A DNA stretch of 64,000 bases from the NCBI GenBank assembly GCA_951406725.2, contig OX597828.1:41230001-41294000 (forward strand), in the 5' to 3' direction. Within the stretch, counting starts at the first letter, position 1, and each line of letters begins with the position of its first letter. Positions 1 to 14,182 of the stretch are shown here, piece after piece. Below the pieces are notes generated by a model. It was not told where the DNA came from. It did no database searches and saw only the letters and a list, made by a program, of their open reading frames with translations. The position numbers and the translations under genes are program-made. Source of the DNA: Octopus vulgaris. Lineage: Eukaryota.

Positions 1-821
1 AATTGCTACTTCTTGCATATATGTAGGTGGGGTTGTGTGGTGGGAGGCTTGTTTCCCAAGCATATGGTTCTGGGTTCAGTCCCACTGCATGGCACGTTGG
101 GCAAGTGTCTTCTACTATGACCTAGGGCTGATCAAAGCCTTGTCAGTGAATTTGGTAGATGGAAACTGTTTGAAGCCTGTTGTGTGTGTATATATATATG
201 TGTGTGTCTGTGCCCCAGTATGGCCACAGTCTAATGACTGAAACAAGTAAAAGATAAAAACTTTGCCTGTTGACATATATACATACACATAAATTTATAG
301 ATATTCATGCATAAGCATAAATGTGCAGGAGAGTAGAAATACTGACATGTATAGAGACAACTCACAGATGTACTTATAGCAAGATGTATTTGAAAAAAAA
401 AATATATATATATGTGCTATTGCAAACAAGTACACTCACTTATGTACACATACTTACATACAATATATGTGCTCATGTATAAAGCTATGCATAGATTTAT
501 GCAAATACATATGTTTGCATATTTTCATTTTTCGTAGGGCAACCTGCTGTGCTTGAGGAGACATATTCAGTCAAGTACATCAACATCAAAGCAAAAATCA
601 AATGGAAATTGTAGTTGTGATATCCGTGTCAGTGGCACGTAAAAATCACCGTCCCAATGTGGCTGATGCCAGTGCCACCTTACTGGCTTCCATGCTGGTG
701 GCACGAGGCCACGTTTGGATGGTTCTCTTACGTACCACAGGCACTGGTATCACAGCTGCAATTTCCATTAATTTTGATCGATTTTGATTTTGATTTTGAT
801 TTTCACTTGCCTTTGGATTAT

Positions 822-1189
822 ATTTTAGAGACAGAACCACCTTCAACTCAATCAACACTGAAAGATTTTTATACCCGACCACTCCATAAAATGTTAAAAA
901 TTAAACCTTAAACTAACTATATCTATTCTGAATCCTGTATTTTCCGTTTATAAGACTACATGTGTTTCATGAAAGTATGTTGGTTGACCGAGTAAGTATT
1001 GAAACTAGATACCTTGTATCTAATCAATACCGACGTACTTTCATGAAACACGTGTAGTCTTATAAACGGAAAATACAGGATTCAGAATAGATATAGTTAG
1101 TTTAAGGTTTAATATTTAACATTTTATGGAGTGGTGGGTATAAAACCTTTCAATGTTGATTGAGTTGAAGGTGGTTGTGTCTCTAAAAT
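822..1189. repeat. Long inverted repeat, arms 822-984 and 1029-1189
   Basis: ~160-bp arms with high identity and a 44-nt spacer. The right arm contains GAAAC-ACGT-GTA-GTC, the 3' half of a hammerhead. Confidence 0.85.
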
Positions 1190-1335
1190 TACCCTTATAT
1201 ATCCAAATTAAACATTGAGAGATGTCATTTTACTACATCTAATTTGAATGTCTTTTTCCTGTGTACTTGGAAGTAATATTCCCTAATAATAATAATAATG
1301 ATAATAATAATAATAATAATAATGATAATAATAAT

Positions 1336-1390
<55 letters not shown>

Positions 1391-1509
1391 GTTTCTTTCA
1401 GATTCCATCTACCAAGTCTAGTCATAGGGCTTTGGTTGGCCTGAGGCTTTAGTAGAAGGCACTTACACTAAGTGCAACGCAGTGTGACTGAACCCAGAAC
1501 TATGTGGTT

Positions 1510-1552
<43 letters not shown>

Positions 1553-1605
1553 CTGAAGACATATGTATATCTATATACAAATCTGTTTATATGTTTATAA
1601 ATATA

Positions 1606-1641
<36 letters not shown>

Positions 1642-2039
1642 CCATCCGAGCTTGATCATTACCAGAGCAGCTATCTGGCCTCAGTGCTGGTGGCACGTAA
1701 AAGGCACCATTCGAGTGTGATCATTACCAGCATCACCTTACTGGCACCTGTGCCGGTGGCATGTGTAAAAGATTTGAGCAAGGTCGTTGCCAGTACCGCC
1801 TGACTGGTCCCATGCTGGTGGCACGTAAAAAAGCACCCACTACACACTCAGAGTGGTTGGCATTAGGAAGGGTATCCAGCTGTAGAAACTCTGCCAGATC
1901 AAGATTGAAGCCTGGTGCAGCCATCTGGTTCGCCAGCCCTCGGTCAAATCGTCCAACCCATGCTAGCATGGAAAGCGGATGTTAAACGATGATGATGATG
2001 ATGATAGGTATGTGTGTGTGTATATATATGTATATTTAT

Positions 2040-2096
<57 letters not shown>

Positions 2097-2196
2097 GATA
2101 GATACATATATACATGCATACATACATGCATGCATACATGTAATAGTCTTGTCGAAGATGAAGAAACTAATAAAAAGCCTCCAGACAGGCACGTGT

Positions 2197-2255
<59 letters not shown>

Positions 2256-2473
2256 TACACACACACACGCACACAAACATACACGCATGCACACACACAC
2301 ACGAGATGATAAAATGCCAATCATGTCTTCTCTCAATGATATAAAATGCCTGAAGTGGTTCCTTTATTGGTACAAAAGGTGGAAATAAAAGAAAAATAAA
2401 TAAAACCTAAGAAGAGAAAAAGACTGAGAATATCAAAAGGATTATTCAACCAGGGCTGTTCATTTTAGTTGTG

Positions 2474-2479
2474 TATGTG

Positions 2480-2510
<31 letters not shown>

Positions 2511-2527
2511 GTATATATGTATATATG

Positions 2528-2559
<32 letters not shown>

Positions 2560-2567
2560 TACACATG

Positions 2568-2652
<85 letters not shown>

Positions 2653-2701
2653 ATATATATATATATATAATTACATATATATATATACACATATATGTAT
2701 G

Positions 2702-2775
<74 letters not shown>

Positions 2776-2972
2776 CAGCAGCATCGAACTCCCTTGTTGA
2801 TCAAGTGCCACGTATCAGAGGTGGATTCACAAACTAGTGTAGCTCATTCAGCGGTGGTGCCCCAGCATAAAACATAAGGATTTAAGGATTTATACATATA
2901 TATATATGTATGTGTGTATATATATATATACATATAATTACATATATATATATACACATATATGTATGTATG

Positions 2973-3005
<33 letters not shown>

Positions 3006-3022
3006 GTATGTATGTGTATGTA

Positions 3023-3055
<33 letters not shown>

Positions 3056-3192
3056 ATATATATGTATGTATATGTGTATATATATGTATGTATATATATA
3101 TATATATACATATACATATACATACATACATACATATATATATATGTATATATACACACACACACACACATATATATATTATATATATATAG
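2474..3192. repeat. Compound (TA)/(TATG)/(CA) microsatellite with a ~115-bp non-microsatellite island (2771-2890)
   Basis: Direct reading; the ATAATTACATATATATATATACACATATATGTATG motif is duplicated on both sides of the island. Confidence 0.9.
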
Positions 3193-3547
3193 TTTATAAT
3201 GATAATGTTCATTGAATTGAAATAGGAATGTGCAGGTGAGTGGAGGGTGGTGGTGGGGATGGGCAGGGAGGGTATCTGGGCGAGGACACAGATTTTTTTT
3301 TTATGTTAAATATTTTTATATTATTGTTTTTTACTGTCTTCTTTAGTCAAGGTGTGGCCATATAAATGATATAATAACCTTTTCTACTATAGACACGTGA
3401 AGTGATATTCGGGGTGGGGGAGTGGAGTCAGTCGATTAGATCAATCGACCCCAGTACACAGCTGTACTCAATTTCTTGACTCTGAAAGGATGAAAGGCAA
3501 AGTCGACCCAGTGGAATTTAAGCTCAGACTGTAGCTACAGATGAAAT

Positions 3548-3783
3548 ATCTGTTTCTTTATTGCCCACGAGGGGCTAAACATAGAGGGGACAAACAAGGA
3601 CAGACAAACGGATTAAGTCGATTACATCGACCCCAGTGCGTAACTGGTACTAAATTTATCGACCCCGAAAGGATGAAAGGCAAAGTCGACCTCGGCGGAA
3701 TTTGAACTCAGAATGCAACGACAGACGCAATACCGCTAAGCATTTCGCCCGGTGTGCTAACGTTTCTGCCAGCTCGCCGCCTT
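3548..3783 (-). mobile_element. tRNA-derived SINE family B (central GTCGACTTTGCCTTTCATCCTTTCGGGGTCGATAAA domain, probably Meta-type)
   Basis: Minus strand GGCGGCGAGCTGGCAGAA...GAGTTCAAATTCC...AATAAAGAAA. Older relatives at 3380-3550, 38655-38840 and 47590-48150 (three in tandem). Confidence 0.85.
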
Positions 3784-4645
3784 ATGTAATGATGTAATAA
3801 TAACAACAACTTATGCTGATCAATAACAGCAGCAACAACATCAACAATAACTTTAGCAACATCATTAGTTACAGTAACAACTTTAAACAAAAAAAAAAAA
3901 CCAACCCTTCAACAAAACAACAGCAATGGTACAAGAGTACAACAGCTACAGCAGTGGAGGCGCAATGGTCCAGTGGTTAGGGCAGCGGACTTGCGGTCGT
4001 AAGAACGCGGTTTCGATTCCCAGACTGGGCATTGTGAGTGTTTATTGAGCAAAAACACCTCAGCTCCACGAGGCTCTGGCAGGGGTAGTGGTGAACCCTG
4101 CTGTAATCTTTCACCACAACTTTCTCTCACTCTTTCTTCCTACTTCTGTCACAAAGCAGAGGAACCATGGTGTAACCCACTATGGTGTGGTAAACTTTCT
4201 AGATTGCGAGTCTAGATTGCGAATCCTCTGTACCCCAGGATGGTTCAGCTCTCCACCCGTTCAAAGCCACCGTTTACAGAATGAGGATAACAACGTAGCT
4301 TTCGCACCCATGCAACCGCCAGTCTATTGCATGTGGTGGGTGGATCTTCAATTTGCCACATGCATTCTTAGTAGCTTAGAGTAGGCTCGAATTAGAGATT
4401 ATTCTTTGCGGCTAATGGTGTGATTTCTTATTGGAAGAAGAAGAAGAAGAAGAAGAAAAAGAAGAAGACAGCTGCAGCAGTAACAACAACAACAACAACA
4501 AGAGTGGCAAGATGATCTACAGAAATAACAGCAGCAGCAAGAAAAATCAGGAACAACAACAATAGCAACTACAACAATGTCATTGGCAACAACAATAACA
4601 ACAACTATAATCATTATAATCTATACAGCAAAAAAGATATTCCAA

Positions 4646-4817
4646 GGCGTAGGAGTGGTTGTGTAGTAAGTAGCTTGCTTACGAACCACGTAGTTCCGAG
4701 TTCAGTTCCACTGTTGTGGCACCTTGGGCAAGTGTCTTCTACTATAGCCTCGGACCGACCAAAGCCTTGTGAGTGGATTTAGTCAACGGAAACTGAAAGA
4801 AGCCTGTCGTATATATG

Positions 4818-4858
<41 letters not shown>

Positions 4859-5077
4859 TTGTGTGTCTGTATTTGTTCCCACAACATCGCTTGACAACCG
4901 GTGCTTGTGATCTTACGTCCCTGTAACTTAGCAGTTCGACAAAAGAGACCGATAGAATAAGTAGAATAAGTAGGCTTACAAAGAATAAGTCCTGGGGTCG
5001 ATTTGCTTGACTAAAGGCGGTGCTCCAGCATGGCCAAAGTCAAATGACTGAAACAAGTAAAAGAGTAAAAGAGTAAA
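4646..5077 (+). mobile_element. SINE family A copy
   Basis: Matches 60909-61330 throughout. Confidence 0.9.
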
Positions 5078-5257
5078 TGCTGGTAATTATATTTGGTGGA
5101 TTTAATCTCGACAGCAACTGATACGTAGATGTTGGTAATAACTGGTACTCCATTAGTTATGATGACAAGAGTTCCAGTTGATTTGAGCAAGGGAACAGGT
5201 TGCTTGCAGAATTAACATGTAAGTGGCTGAGCACTCCTGAGACATGCATGTCCTTAA

Positions 5258-5877
5258 CCCTTTTGTTACTGTATTTATTTTGTGATACTCTCTTTACTCT
5301 TTTGCTCTTTTACTTGTTTCAGTCATTTGACTGTGGCCATGCTGGAGCACCGCCTTTAGTCGAGCAACTCGACCCCGGGACTTATTCTTTTGTAAGCCCA
5401 GTACTTATTCTATCTGTCTCTTCTGCCGAACCGCTAAGTAACGGGGACATAAACACGCCAGCATCGGTTGTCAAGCAAAGCTAGGGGGACAAACACAGAC
5501 ATGCATATATATATATATATATATATACAACGGGCTTCTTTTCAGTTTCCATCTACCAAATCCACTCAGAAGGCTCTGGTCGGCCTGAGGCTATAGTAGA
5601 AGACACTTGCCCAAGGTGCCACGTAGTGGGACTGAACCCGGAACCATGTGGTTGGTAATCAAGCTACTTACCACACAGCCACTCCTGCTCTGTATTTCTT
5701 TCAATTACTTTAAATATAACAAAGAATTTAGTAAAATATCTTAGTTATCATTAAGCCAGTGTTAGGAACATAAATTATGACTATGGTTTGGTGGAAGATT
5801 TTAATTCAGAACTTATGTAAACAAGACATTTGTACTCAGAGCCAGAGCTGGTTTCAGCCGGGTTGGTAACGAAAGGG
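5258..5877. mobile_element. piggyBac-type MITE interrupted by a SINE
   Basis: TTAA at 5254-5257 and 5878-5881; body is the reverse complement of 13770-13989. Confidence 0.85.
5293..5688 (-). mobile_element. SINE family A copy nested in a TTAA MITE
   Basis: Reverse complement of family A; MITE sequence continues on both sides. Confidence 0.9.
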
Positions 5878-6252
5878 TTAACGTAGTTTTCAGAGGGATT
5901 CAGTGTGACACAGAATGTGACAGGGCTGGCCCCTTTGAATTACAGGTACAACTTGCTTTTGTCAGCTGAGTGAATTGGAACAACATGAACTGAAGTGTTT
6001 TGCTGTTCAACGATACGGTGTGCTGCTGGGAATTGAACTTACGACCTTATGATTGTCAGCTGAATACCCTAACCACAAATCTTAACAACACTGAGTATTC
6101 TTTTATTTTGTTACTTGTTTCAGTCATTTGGCTGTGGCCATGCTGGAGCACTGCCTTTAGTCATAGCAAATTGACCCCAGGACTTATTCTAATACATCTG
6201 TTTGTTTTGTACACCACCTGTTTTCGTCTTTTGATTTTTCATAAACTCTCCC

Positions 6253-6331
<79 letters not shown>

Positions 6332-6642
6332 TTATGTCTGTCCCTGCCATTATTGCTTGACTACTGTCGTTGGTGTGTTTACATCCCCATAACTGAGTAG
6401 TTTGGTAGAAGAGTCTGATAGAATATGCACTAGGCTTACAAAGAATTAGTCCAGAGGTCGATTTCTTCAACTAAAAGGCAGTGCTCCAGCATGGCCACAG
6501 TCAAATGACTGAAACGAGTAAAAGAATATATGTGTGTGTATATATATATATACATACGTATATGTAGATACATCTATATATATATGCATATGTGGGCACA
6601 GGATGTCACGAATCGTTTACATAAAAAAAAAATGAAGCAGGA

Positions 6643-7035
6643 GGCGCAGGAGTGGTTGTGTGGTAAGTAGCTTGCTTACCAAGCACATGGTGCTGGGTTC
6701 AGTCCTACTGTGTGACACCTTGGGCAAGTGTCTTCTACTATAGCCTTGGGCCAACCAAAGCCTTGTGAGTGGATTTGGTAGACAGAAACTGGAAGAAGCC
6801 CGTTGTATATGTATATGTGTGTATATATTTGTGTGTCTGTGTTTGTCCCTCCTATATCGCTTGGCAGCCGATGCTGGTGTTTTTACGTCCCTGTAACTTA
6901 GTGGTTCGGCAAAAGAGACCGAAAGAATAAGTACTAGGCTTACAAAGAATAAGCTCTGGTGTTGATTTGCTCGACTAAAGGCGGTGCTCCAGCATGGCCA
7001 CAGTCAAATGACTGAAACAAGTAAAAGTGTAAAAG
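6643..7035 (+). mobile_element. SINE family A copy
   Basis: Full head-to-tail match; possible AAGCA target duplication. Confidence 0.9.
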
Positions 7036-8565
7036 CACGAGTACATGGAACATGAACTATTCTTTCGAACAACAAAAGACACAAACAGAAAACAAGACAA
7101 AAATAAAGAACAACCCTTCATCAGTTGTTGGCTGTTTTTCTAGTCTCGTATTTCGAGTATTTAACAAGAATATATGCCTTCGATAAAACAGTTGCTCCCG
7201 CAAAGGAAATTAAATAAAATTTGGGAATTTGCGGAGGGTCAAAATTGGTAACACAAACAGGACAGTGAAAACAAACAGGAAGGGCTGCTAAGCCTAAACG
7301 AGGTTGTGGTGATAAACGCATAAATCAAGTGAGGACAGAAGACAAGTAAAACACGTCTTTCTTGCTCCAGCTGCAACGGAGAGAAAGAAAGAAAAATGGC
7401 TGATGGTCATGTGGGAGCCACGTGAGCGAGGGAGAAAGAGTGAGAGAGAGAGAGAGAGAGAGAGTGACAGAGTAATAGGGTAGAATAGTGGGAGAAGATG
7501 AGGTAAAAGAATAAGAGAGAGAAAAAGGAAAGTGTGAAAAGATCGTATGGAGTGTACATCAGAATTAAAATAAAACTTACTTGGAAGAGGATGCGTAGCA
7601 TTCAATCATATAATATAAATAAAAAAAAGTATATATATATATATATGCATGAGTGGCTATGTGGTAAGTAGCTTGCTTACCAACCACATGGTTCTGGGTT
7701 CAGTCCCCCTGTGTGGAACCTTGGGCAAGTGTCTTCTTAACGCCGGGCCATAATGCTAGTATATATATATATGTATTATATATATACATATATATATATA
7801 TGTATATATATATCTTTATATGTGTGTGTATACATATATATATATATACACACACATACATATATATATTCATATGTATTTATATATCCTATATATGTGT
7901 GTGTGTATATATATATATATGTATATATATTGGCCTGCTTGCTTAGCCAGCGGGGTGGCGTCATTCGAAGGCTAAAGCAATGCGAACGCATTGTGACCAG
8001 CGATGTGTAACAACATCTGATGGTCTGGTCGGTCATGTGATCACGTGATATATATATATGTGTATGCGTGTGTGTGTGTGTGTGTCCCTGTGTTTGTGTT
8101 TGCCCCATCACTGCTTGACAACTGGTGTTGGTTTGTTTACATCCCCATAACAGCATTTCAGCCAAAAAAATGCTGATAGAGAAATTTTTTTATTATGTAT
8201 GCACCCTTTTCAAACCTAGCCAGGTTCATGGGCCTGGTTTCCTGGTTTCTGTGGTGTATGTGTTCTCCCTAGCTGGATGGGATGCTAGTCCATCGCAGTG
8301 TTACTCAAGAAACAGGAAGTAGGAGTGAGAGAAAGTTGGGTCGAAAGAGTACAACAGGGATCACCACCACCCCCTGCCAGAGCCTCGTGGAGCTTTTAGG
8401 TGTTTTCGTTCATTAAACACACACAGCGCCCGATCTGGGAATCGAAACCGCGATCCTCCGACCGCGAGTCCGCTGCCCTAACCACTGGGCCATTGTACCT
8501 CCATGATAGAGTAATTACCAGGCTTAAAAGAAAAAATCAATACTGGGATTGATTTGGTCAATTAA

Positions 8566-8787
8566 ACCCTTTAGTGTTTAAACCGGCCAAATCCGGCCCA
8601 ATATATTCTACATGTTTTATATTCAAACTGGCCATATCTAGCCTCTCACTCCTAACCTACAATGTCATTCTGAAAATAAACAATCACATCATTGAAACCT
8701 CAAAGCTATAAGATAATGCATGATTAATTCAAAACAATTTGAGTGAAAAGGTATTACATTTAACAGAGTAATCTGAACACGAAAGGG
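8566..8787. mobile_element. Second piggyBac-type MITE family
   Basis: TTAA(A)CCCTTT...AAAGGGTTAA; related copy at ~54096-54313. Confidence 0.7.
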
Positions 8788-9352
8788 TTAAGGCAGGGCC
8801 CCAGCATGACTTACTGCCTAATGGTTAAAACAGGTAAAAGAGAAAAGCTATTTTAGATTGATCTAGTTCTTGTTTATAAGAAAATGGCCAGACCAGATGT
8901 TTGAATTTTGATTTATTGAAGTCAGAGACCATTAAAACAAAACCGTTTTGTCATCTGATCGTGTCTATTTAACTGTACTTGTTACATGATGCAATCAATA
9001 TTGTTAACAATTTGTACGACTAGATAAACATTCCTTTTGCGTTTAGTTTCATTGCTGTTCTCTTTGTCTTTCTACATCTCTGTTTCCTTATCCCTTTCTC
9101 TCTCTCTCTCCCCCTCTCTTTCTCTCTGTTCTGTGTTTCTTTCTCAACCATACTCACTCCTTACCAGAACATCTCTCTGTACACAAACAGAAGTTATTTT
9201 CAATATTCAAATTTATAAAACAGCTGTATGTTATTGTTAATACATATAAAGTAAATTAATATTGATTTTTTCTAAAAAGTAAAAATGTGTATGCGTATGC
9301 ATGTGTATGTGCCTCAACACAGGTCCATTCCACTGACTGGCACAAGTAAAAG

Positions 9353-9395
<43 letters not shown>

Positions 9396-9672
9396 TCGAG
9401 CAACATTGTTGCCAGCACCGCTGGACTGGCTCCTGTGCAGGTGGCACATAAAAAGCACCATTTGAGCATGGCCGTTGCCAGTACCGCCTGACTGGCCCTC
9501 GTGCCGGTGGCTTGTAAAAGCACCCACAACACTCTCGGAATGGTTGGCATTAGGAAGGCCATCCAGCTGTAGAATCTCTGCCAGATCAGATTGGAGTCTG
9601 GTGCAGCCATCTGGTTTGCCACACCTCAGTCAAATCGTCCATCCCATGCTAGCATGGAAGTGGACATTAAAC

Positions 9673-9708
<36 letters not shown>

Positions 9709-9785
9709 ATATATAAATTAGAGAAATTTGATTTAGTATTACTAAACTGAATTTTACCCAGTAAGTTTGAAATCATATTCCCTAA

Positions 9786-9837
<52 letters not shown>

Positions 9838-9864
9838 ATTATTATTATAATTATTATTATTATA

Positions 9865-9906
<42 letters not shown>

Positions 9907-9933
9907 ATTATTATTATAATTATTATTATTATA

Positions 9934-9973
<40 letters not shown>

Positions 9974-10851
9974 CATTGATAATGGTGAGGAGAGTGGAGA
10001 TTTATTCACATCCAAAACATTTCTACTAAAAAGTTTTCTATAGCATATATATCTCTGGCCTACACATGTTTCGACTGCAGTGACTGCACATTGCTTTGTA
10101 TGTAATTATGCTTTCAAATCATTGCAATTTCATCAAGGGTCCATTACTCACAACGTATACAAAGTGAACTGATTCAAACAAGCTTTTTACGTATATATAT
10201 ATATCATCATCATCATTGTCACTATCATCGTTTAATGTCTATTTTCCATGCTGGCATGGGTTGGCTGGTTTGACTGAGGACTGGCAAGCCAGAAGGCTGA
10301 ACCAGGCAAGGTTTCTACAGCTGGATGCCCTTCCTAATGCCAACCATTCCGAGAGTGTAGTGGGTGCTTTTTATATACCATCAGCACGAGAGCCAGTCAA
10401 GTGGCACTGTCATTGACCAAGTTCAGATGGTGCTTTTTACGTGCCACTGACAGAGGACCCAGTTGGGGGCACTGGCAACAACCACATTTGGATGGTGCTT
10501 TTTATGTACCACTGGCATTGGGAGCCAGTCAGGTGGCACAAGTATCGACCCACGCTTGAATGGTGCTTATTATGTGCCACCAGTACGGGTGCTGGTCAGG
10601 CAGAACTGGCATCGGCCACAACTACGGTTTTCATTTTAATTTGGATTTTACTTAACTCAATGGGTCTTCTCAATCACAGCATATCACCTAACAAATCAAA
10701 GGTACTTCTAAATGGGCTGGTTATGCAACACTGGTATCAGACACTGCTGTGATCTCACTTTCCTTGCTGTGTCTTCTCAATTACAGCATATCTCAAAAGG
10801 TCTTGGTCTCTTGTCATTGCCTTTGTGAGGCCTAACATTCAAAGGTCATGC

Positions 10852-11623
10852 TATATTTATATACATAAATGTGTAATGGTGTCTGTCTATGTGTGTGTTT
10901 GGGGTTACTCTAACTCTCCCTCACTGTCCAACCGATTTTAATGATTTTTGGCATATTGGTAGATCACATGTGAAGTTCAAATAAAGCTGGAATTTTTCGA
11001 AAACTTGATAATGCTCAGTTGGCATCGATTTTTGTGAGCTCAATCAGGTGTTTGAATGGAAATTCCCATAACAATATTTTTCCTGCAGCTTTTGCATTTT
11101 TTGTCCGATTTTGATGTAAATCAGTGAGTGAGCAAGGCTCATGACAGTGAGTTAATGTCAGTATATGGCGTTGACAAAAAATTGATAATTGCACCTGAGC
11201 AGTGGTTTTATAAAATCAATAGGCTTTTTGCATGCAAATACCTATAAGGATTTTATTTTTGGCTGTAACTTTTATATTTTCATGTAAGTGGTCACATGGA
11301 TTCTATTTTATGACATAACCTTAAGACTTTTCTTCGGATTTTGCTGAGCAATTTTGTACAGAGGGTGGCATTAAGGGGAGAGAAATAAACAAACATCACT
11401 CTCAACAGTTCGAGGTATACCCAAAAGTTAGACTGTGATTTCAGACGTTCCAGTATGTAGGAGTATGTTGAAAGGATTAACCTGGTAAAATCCCTGCCAA
11501 ACCAGATATAACATCTTAATGGGTAATAATAGGCTCAGGGAACATAGAAGATTTCAGTACAAGGTCAGAAGTGGGTTTAACTTCAACACAGAAAACATGA
11601 GCCATGCCGGGTCCAACAGCTAG

Positions 11624-11624
<1 letters not shown>
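10852..11624 (+). mobile_element. Non-autonomous Helitron-like element
   Basis: 5' TATACATAAATG...GTCTGTCT...CCGATTTTAATGA pattern; 3' GCCGGGT...GCTAGT end. A similar 3' end occurs at 7738-7760. Confidence 0.55.
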
Positions 11625-11669
<45 letters not shown>

Positions 11670-12238
11670 TATATGCACAACTTATAAACAAGGGCAAAAG
11701 AAAAAATTCTAACACCAAATATGCTGAAAATAGACAAATCCTCAATAAGCATATAATTTTATCACTATAAGCACATGTCTTGAAGTAAGCCGACAAAAAT
11801 TTCTAAAAAATCCCGTTATTATCGTATCGGTCCCAATTTCAGAGTTAATTCATAAGAATTTTCTCCTTGTCAGTGATAAATATGGTAAGAAATAAATGAA
11901 ATACTTACTCATACTCATGGAAGAAGCAAACACTAAGTCATGAGCACAATTTAGTACCCCAAATATATCCAAAATAGAAATTCTCCAACACACCTCGAGA
12001 CACGTGCGATCGGACTGAAAACTCTCATAGAGTGAGAGAGTTCGGAAGTGAACACTATTAAATTTACATCTAATATAGGATAAATTATTTTGAAAAATTT
12101 TAATGTGGGTTTTTAATTCTTTGTTCTCAGTATTATCCTGCCCTTAAAATGCCTGCCAAATGTATTTTATAGTGAACTGGAAAAAAAAGAGTGAAACAAT
12201 AGAAAGAGAATTTACATAAAAAGAGGGGACAACATATA

Positions 12239-12623
12239 CTCTTTACTCTTTTACTTGTTTCAGTCTTTTGACTGCGGCCATGCTGGAGCACCGCCTTTAA
12301 TTGAGCAACTCGACCCCGGGACTTATTCTTTGTAAGCCCAGTACTTATTCTATCAGTCTCTTTTGCCGAACCACTAAGTGACGGGGACATAAACACAGCA
12401 AACACAGACACACAAACATACATGCACACATATATATATATATACATATATACATATATACGACGGGCTTCTTTCAGTTTCCGTCTATCAAATCCACTCA
12501 CAAGGCTTTGGTCGGCCCGAGGCTATAGTAGAAGACACTTGCCCAAGATGCCACGCAGTGGGACTGAACCCAGAACCATGTGGTTGGTAAGCAAGCTACT
12601 TACCACACAGCCACTCCTGCACC
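12239..12623 (-). mobile_element. SINE family A copy
   Basis: Reverse-complement match. Confidence 0.9.
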
Positions 12624-13769
12624 TATATACAAAAAATAAAAAAAACATGCATTGAATACTAAAAAATTGACGAAACAAATGTCCATGCAGCAATGAAAAG
12701 TTCTTAGAAAATGCAAAGTTCTGCAGTTCTTTTCCTTTTTCTTGGGAACTGTAAAAAGAAAAAAATTTTGCATGTGTTAAAAAAATATGTTTGAGTGGAC
12801 CTAACCAGCCAATTGACTCTTCTTCCACTTTTGGTTACTCTGTCAGTATGTGGTGCACTATTGTTGGGTAATGTGTTATATTTATGTGTGGATTGTACAG
12901 ATGTGGCAGTAGAGGAAGAGAAGTGTTGTGGTTGGGGAATAGATTCGATGAAAGCCTGCTTAAGTTGATCAACACTGACAGTCTCCTATCTCCACTGAAT
13001 GTCCAAAACCCTATACTTTGGTTTAGCTTTTAACATATTGTACTGGCCAGAATAAACTGCTTGTAAGGGTGCTTAATGGCATCATTGCATACAAATATGT
13101 GAGTCCAGGTATCGATAGTAGGTGGAACAAAAGTTTTAATCAACTGCAGTCTCGTTCTTAATGGCGATAACTCTGCCATGTAATTTCGCAGTCATTGAAT
13201 ATAGTTGGTAGGACCATGTTGTTGATTAGCTGTAGCTAATATCATTTGACCAGGCATTGTAAGTGATGAACCATATAGTAATTCTGCTGGGAGTAACCTT
13301 GGTCTTCCTTAATAGCAGTATGCAAACCTAGTAACACAACCAGTAGGGCTTCTAACCCTCTATCCAAATCAGAATGTACTTATAAAACAGCTGATGAAGA
13401 CTTTTAAGCATGTTCGTTGCTTCTGGTGCTCATTTCAAGCATATCCATGTAGATATCATGGGTCCTCCTTCACCAGTTCAGGATAAAATATATCTCTCGA
13501 CTAGTATAGATTGCTTTTCCAAATGTACTGAACCTATTCTGATCAAAGACGTATCAGCTCTTACAGTATTCAAAGGTCCTAATAACCAAACGGATTTCAC
13601 GTTTTGGTGCACCTATGAGAATAACAACCAACAAAGGTTGTCAGTTCAAATCCAGTCTTTTTGTTGACCTATCTAACTTGCTAGACATGCAATGAATTCA
13701 CGCTAGTGTTTACCAACCCATGTCTGGCAGAAAGTATCGAGTTTTTGCTGGTTTCAAATGCTTGTTTAA

Positions 13770-13989
13770 CCCTTTTGTTACCAACCCGGCTGAAACCGGC
13801 TCTGGCTCTGAGTACAAATGTCCTGTTTTCATAAGTTTTGAATTAAAATCTTCCACCAAACCTTAGTCACAATTTATGTTCATAACACTAGCTGAATGGT
13901 AACCAAGTTATTTTACTCAATTCTTTGTAATATTTAGAGTAATTGAAAGAAACACAGAGCATCTCAAAATAAATACAGTAATGAAAGGG
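13770..13989. mobile_element. piggyBac-type MITE (TTAA target duplication)
   Basis: TTAA|CCCTTT...AAAGGG|TTAA; second copy in opposite orientation at 5258-5877. Confidence 0.85.
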
Positions 13990-14182
13990 TTAAAAAAAAA
14001 AGGTTGCCAGCAGTTTTGAATAAACTAATGCAGTATTCCACTGGTTCCAATTTCAAATGCATCCATAGAGGAGAGTCTGGAGCTTGATGGGTAATTTCTG
14101 TTAATTTTTGTTTACATTGATGATGATTAAAAGATTGCTATTCTTTTGGATTAGAGAAATAATTTTTTTTTTAACGATTGTT

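Noticed and set aside
3953-4030. tRNA genes at SINE heads (also 47350-47421, 48171, 53412)
   Set aside because: A and B boxes are present but acceptor stems do not close, and the heads continue into repeat bodies, so they are SINE-derived.
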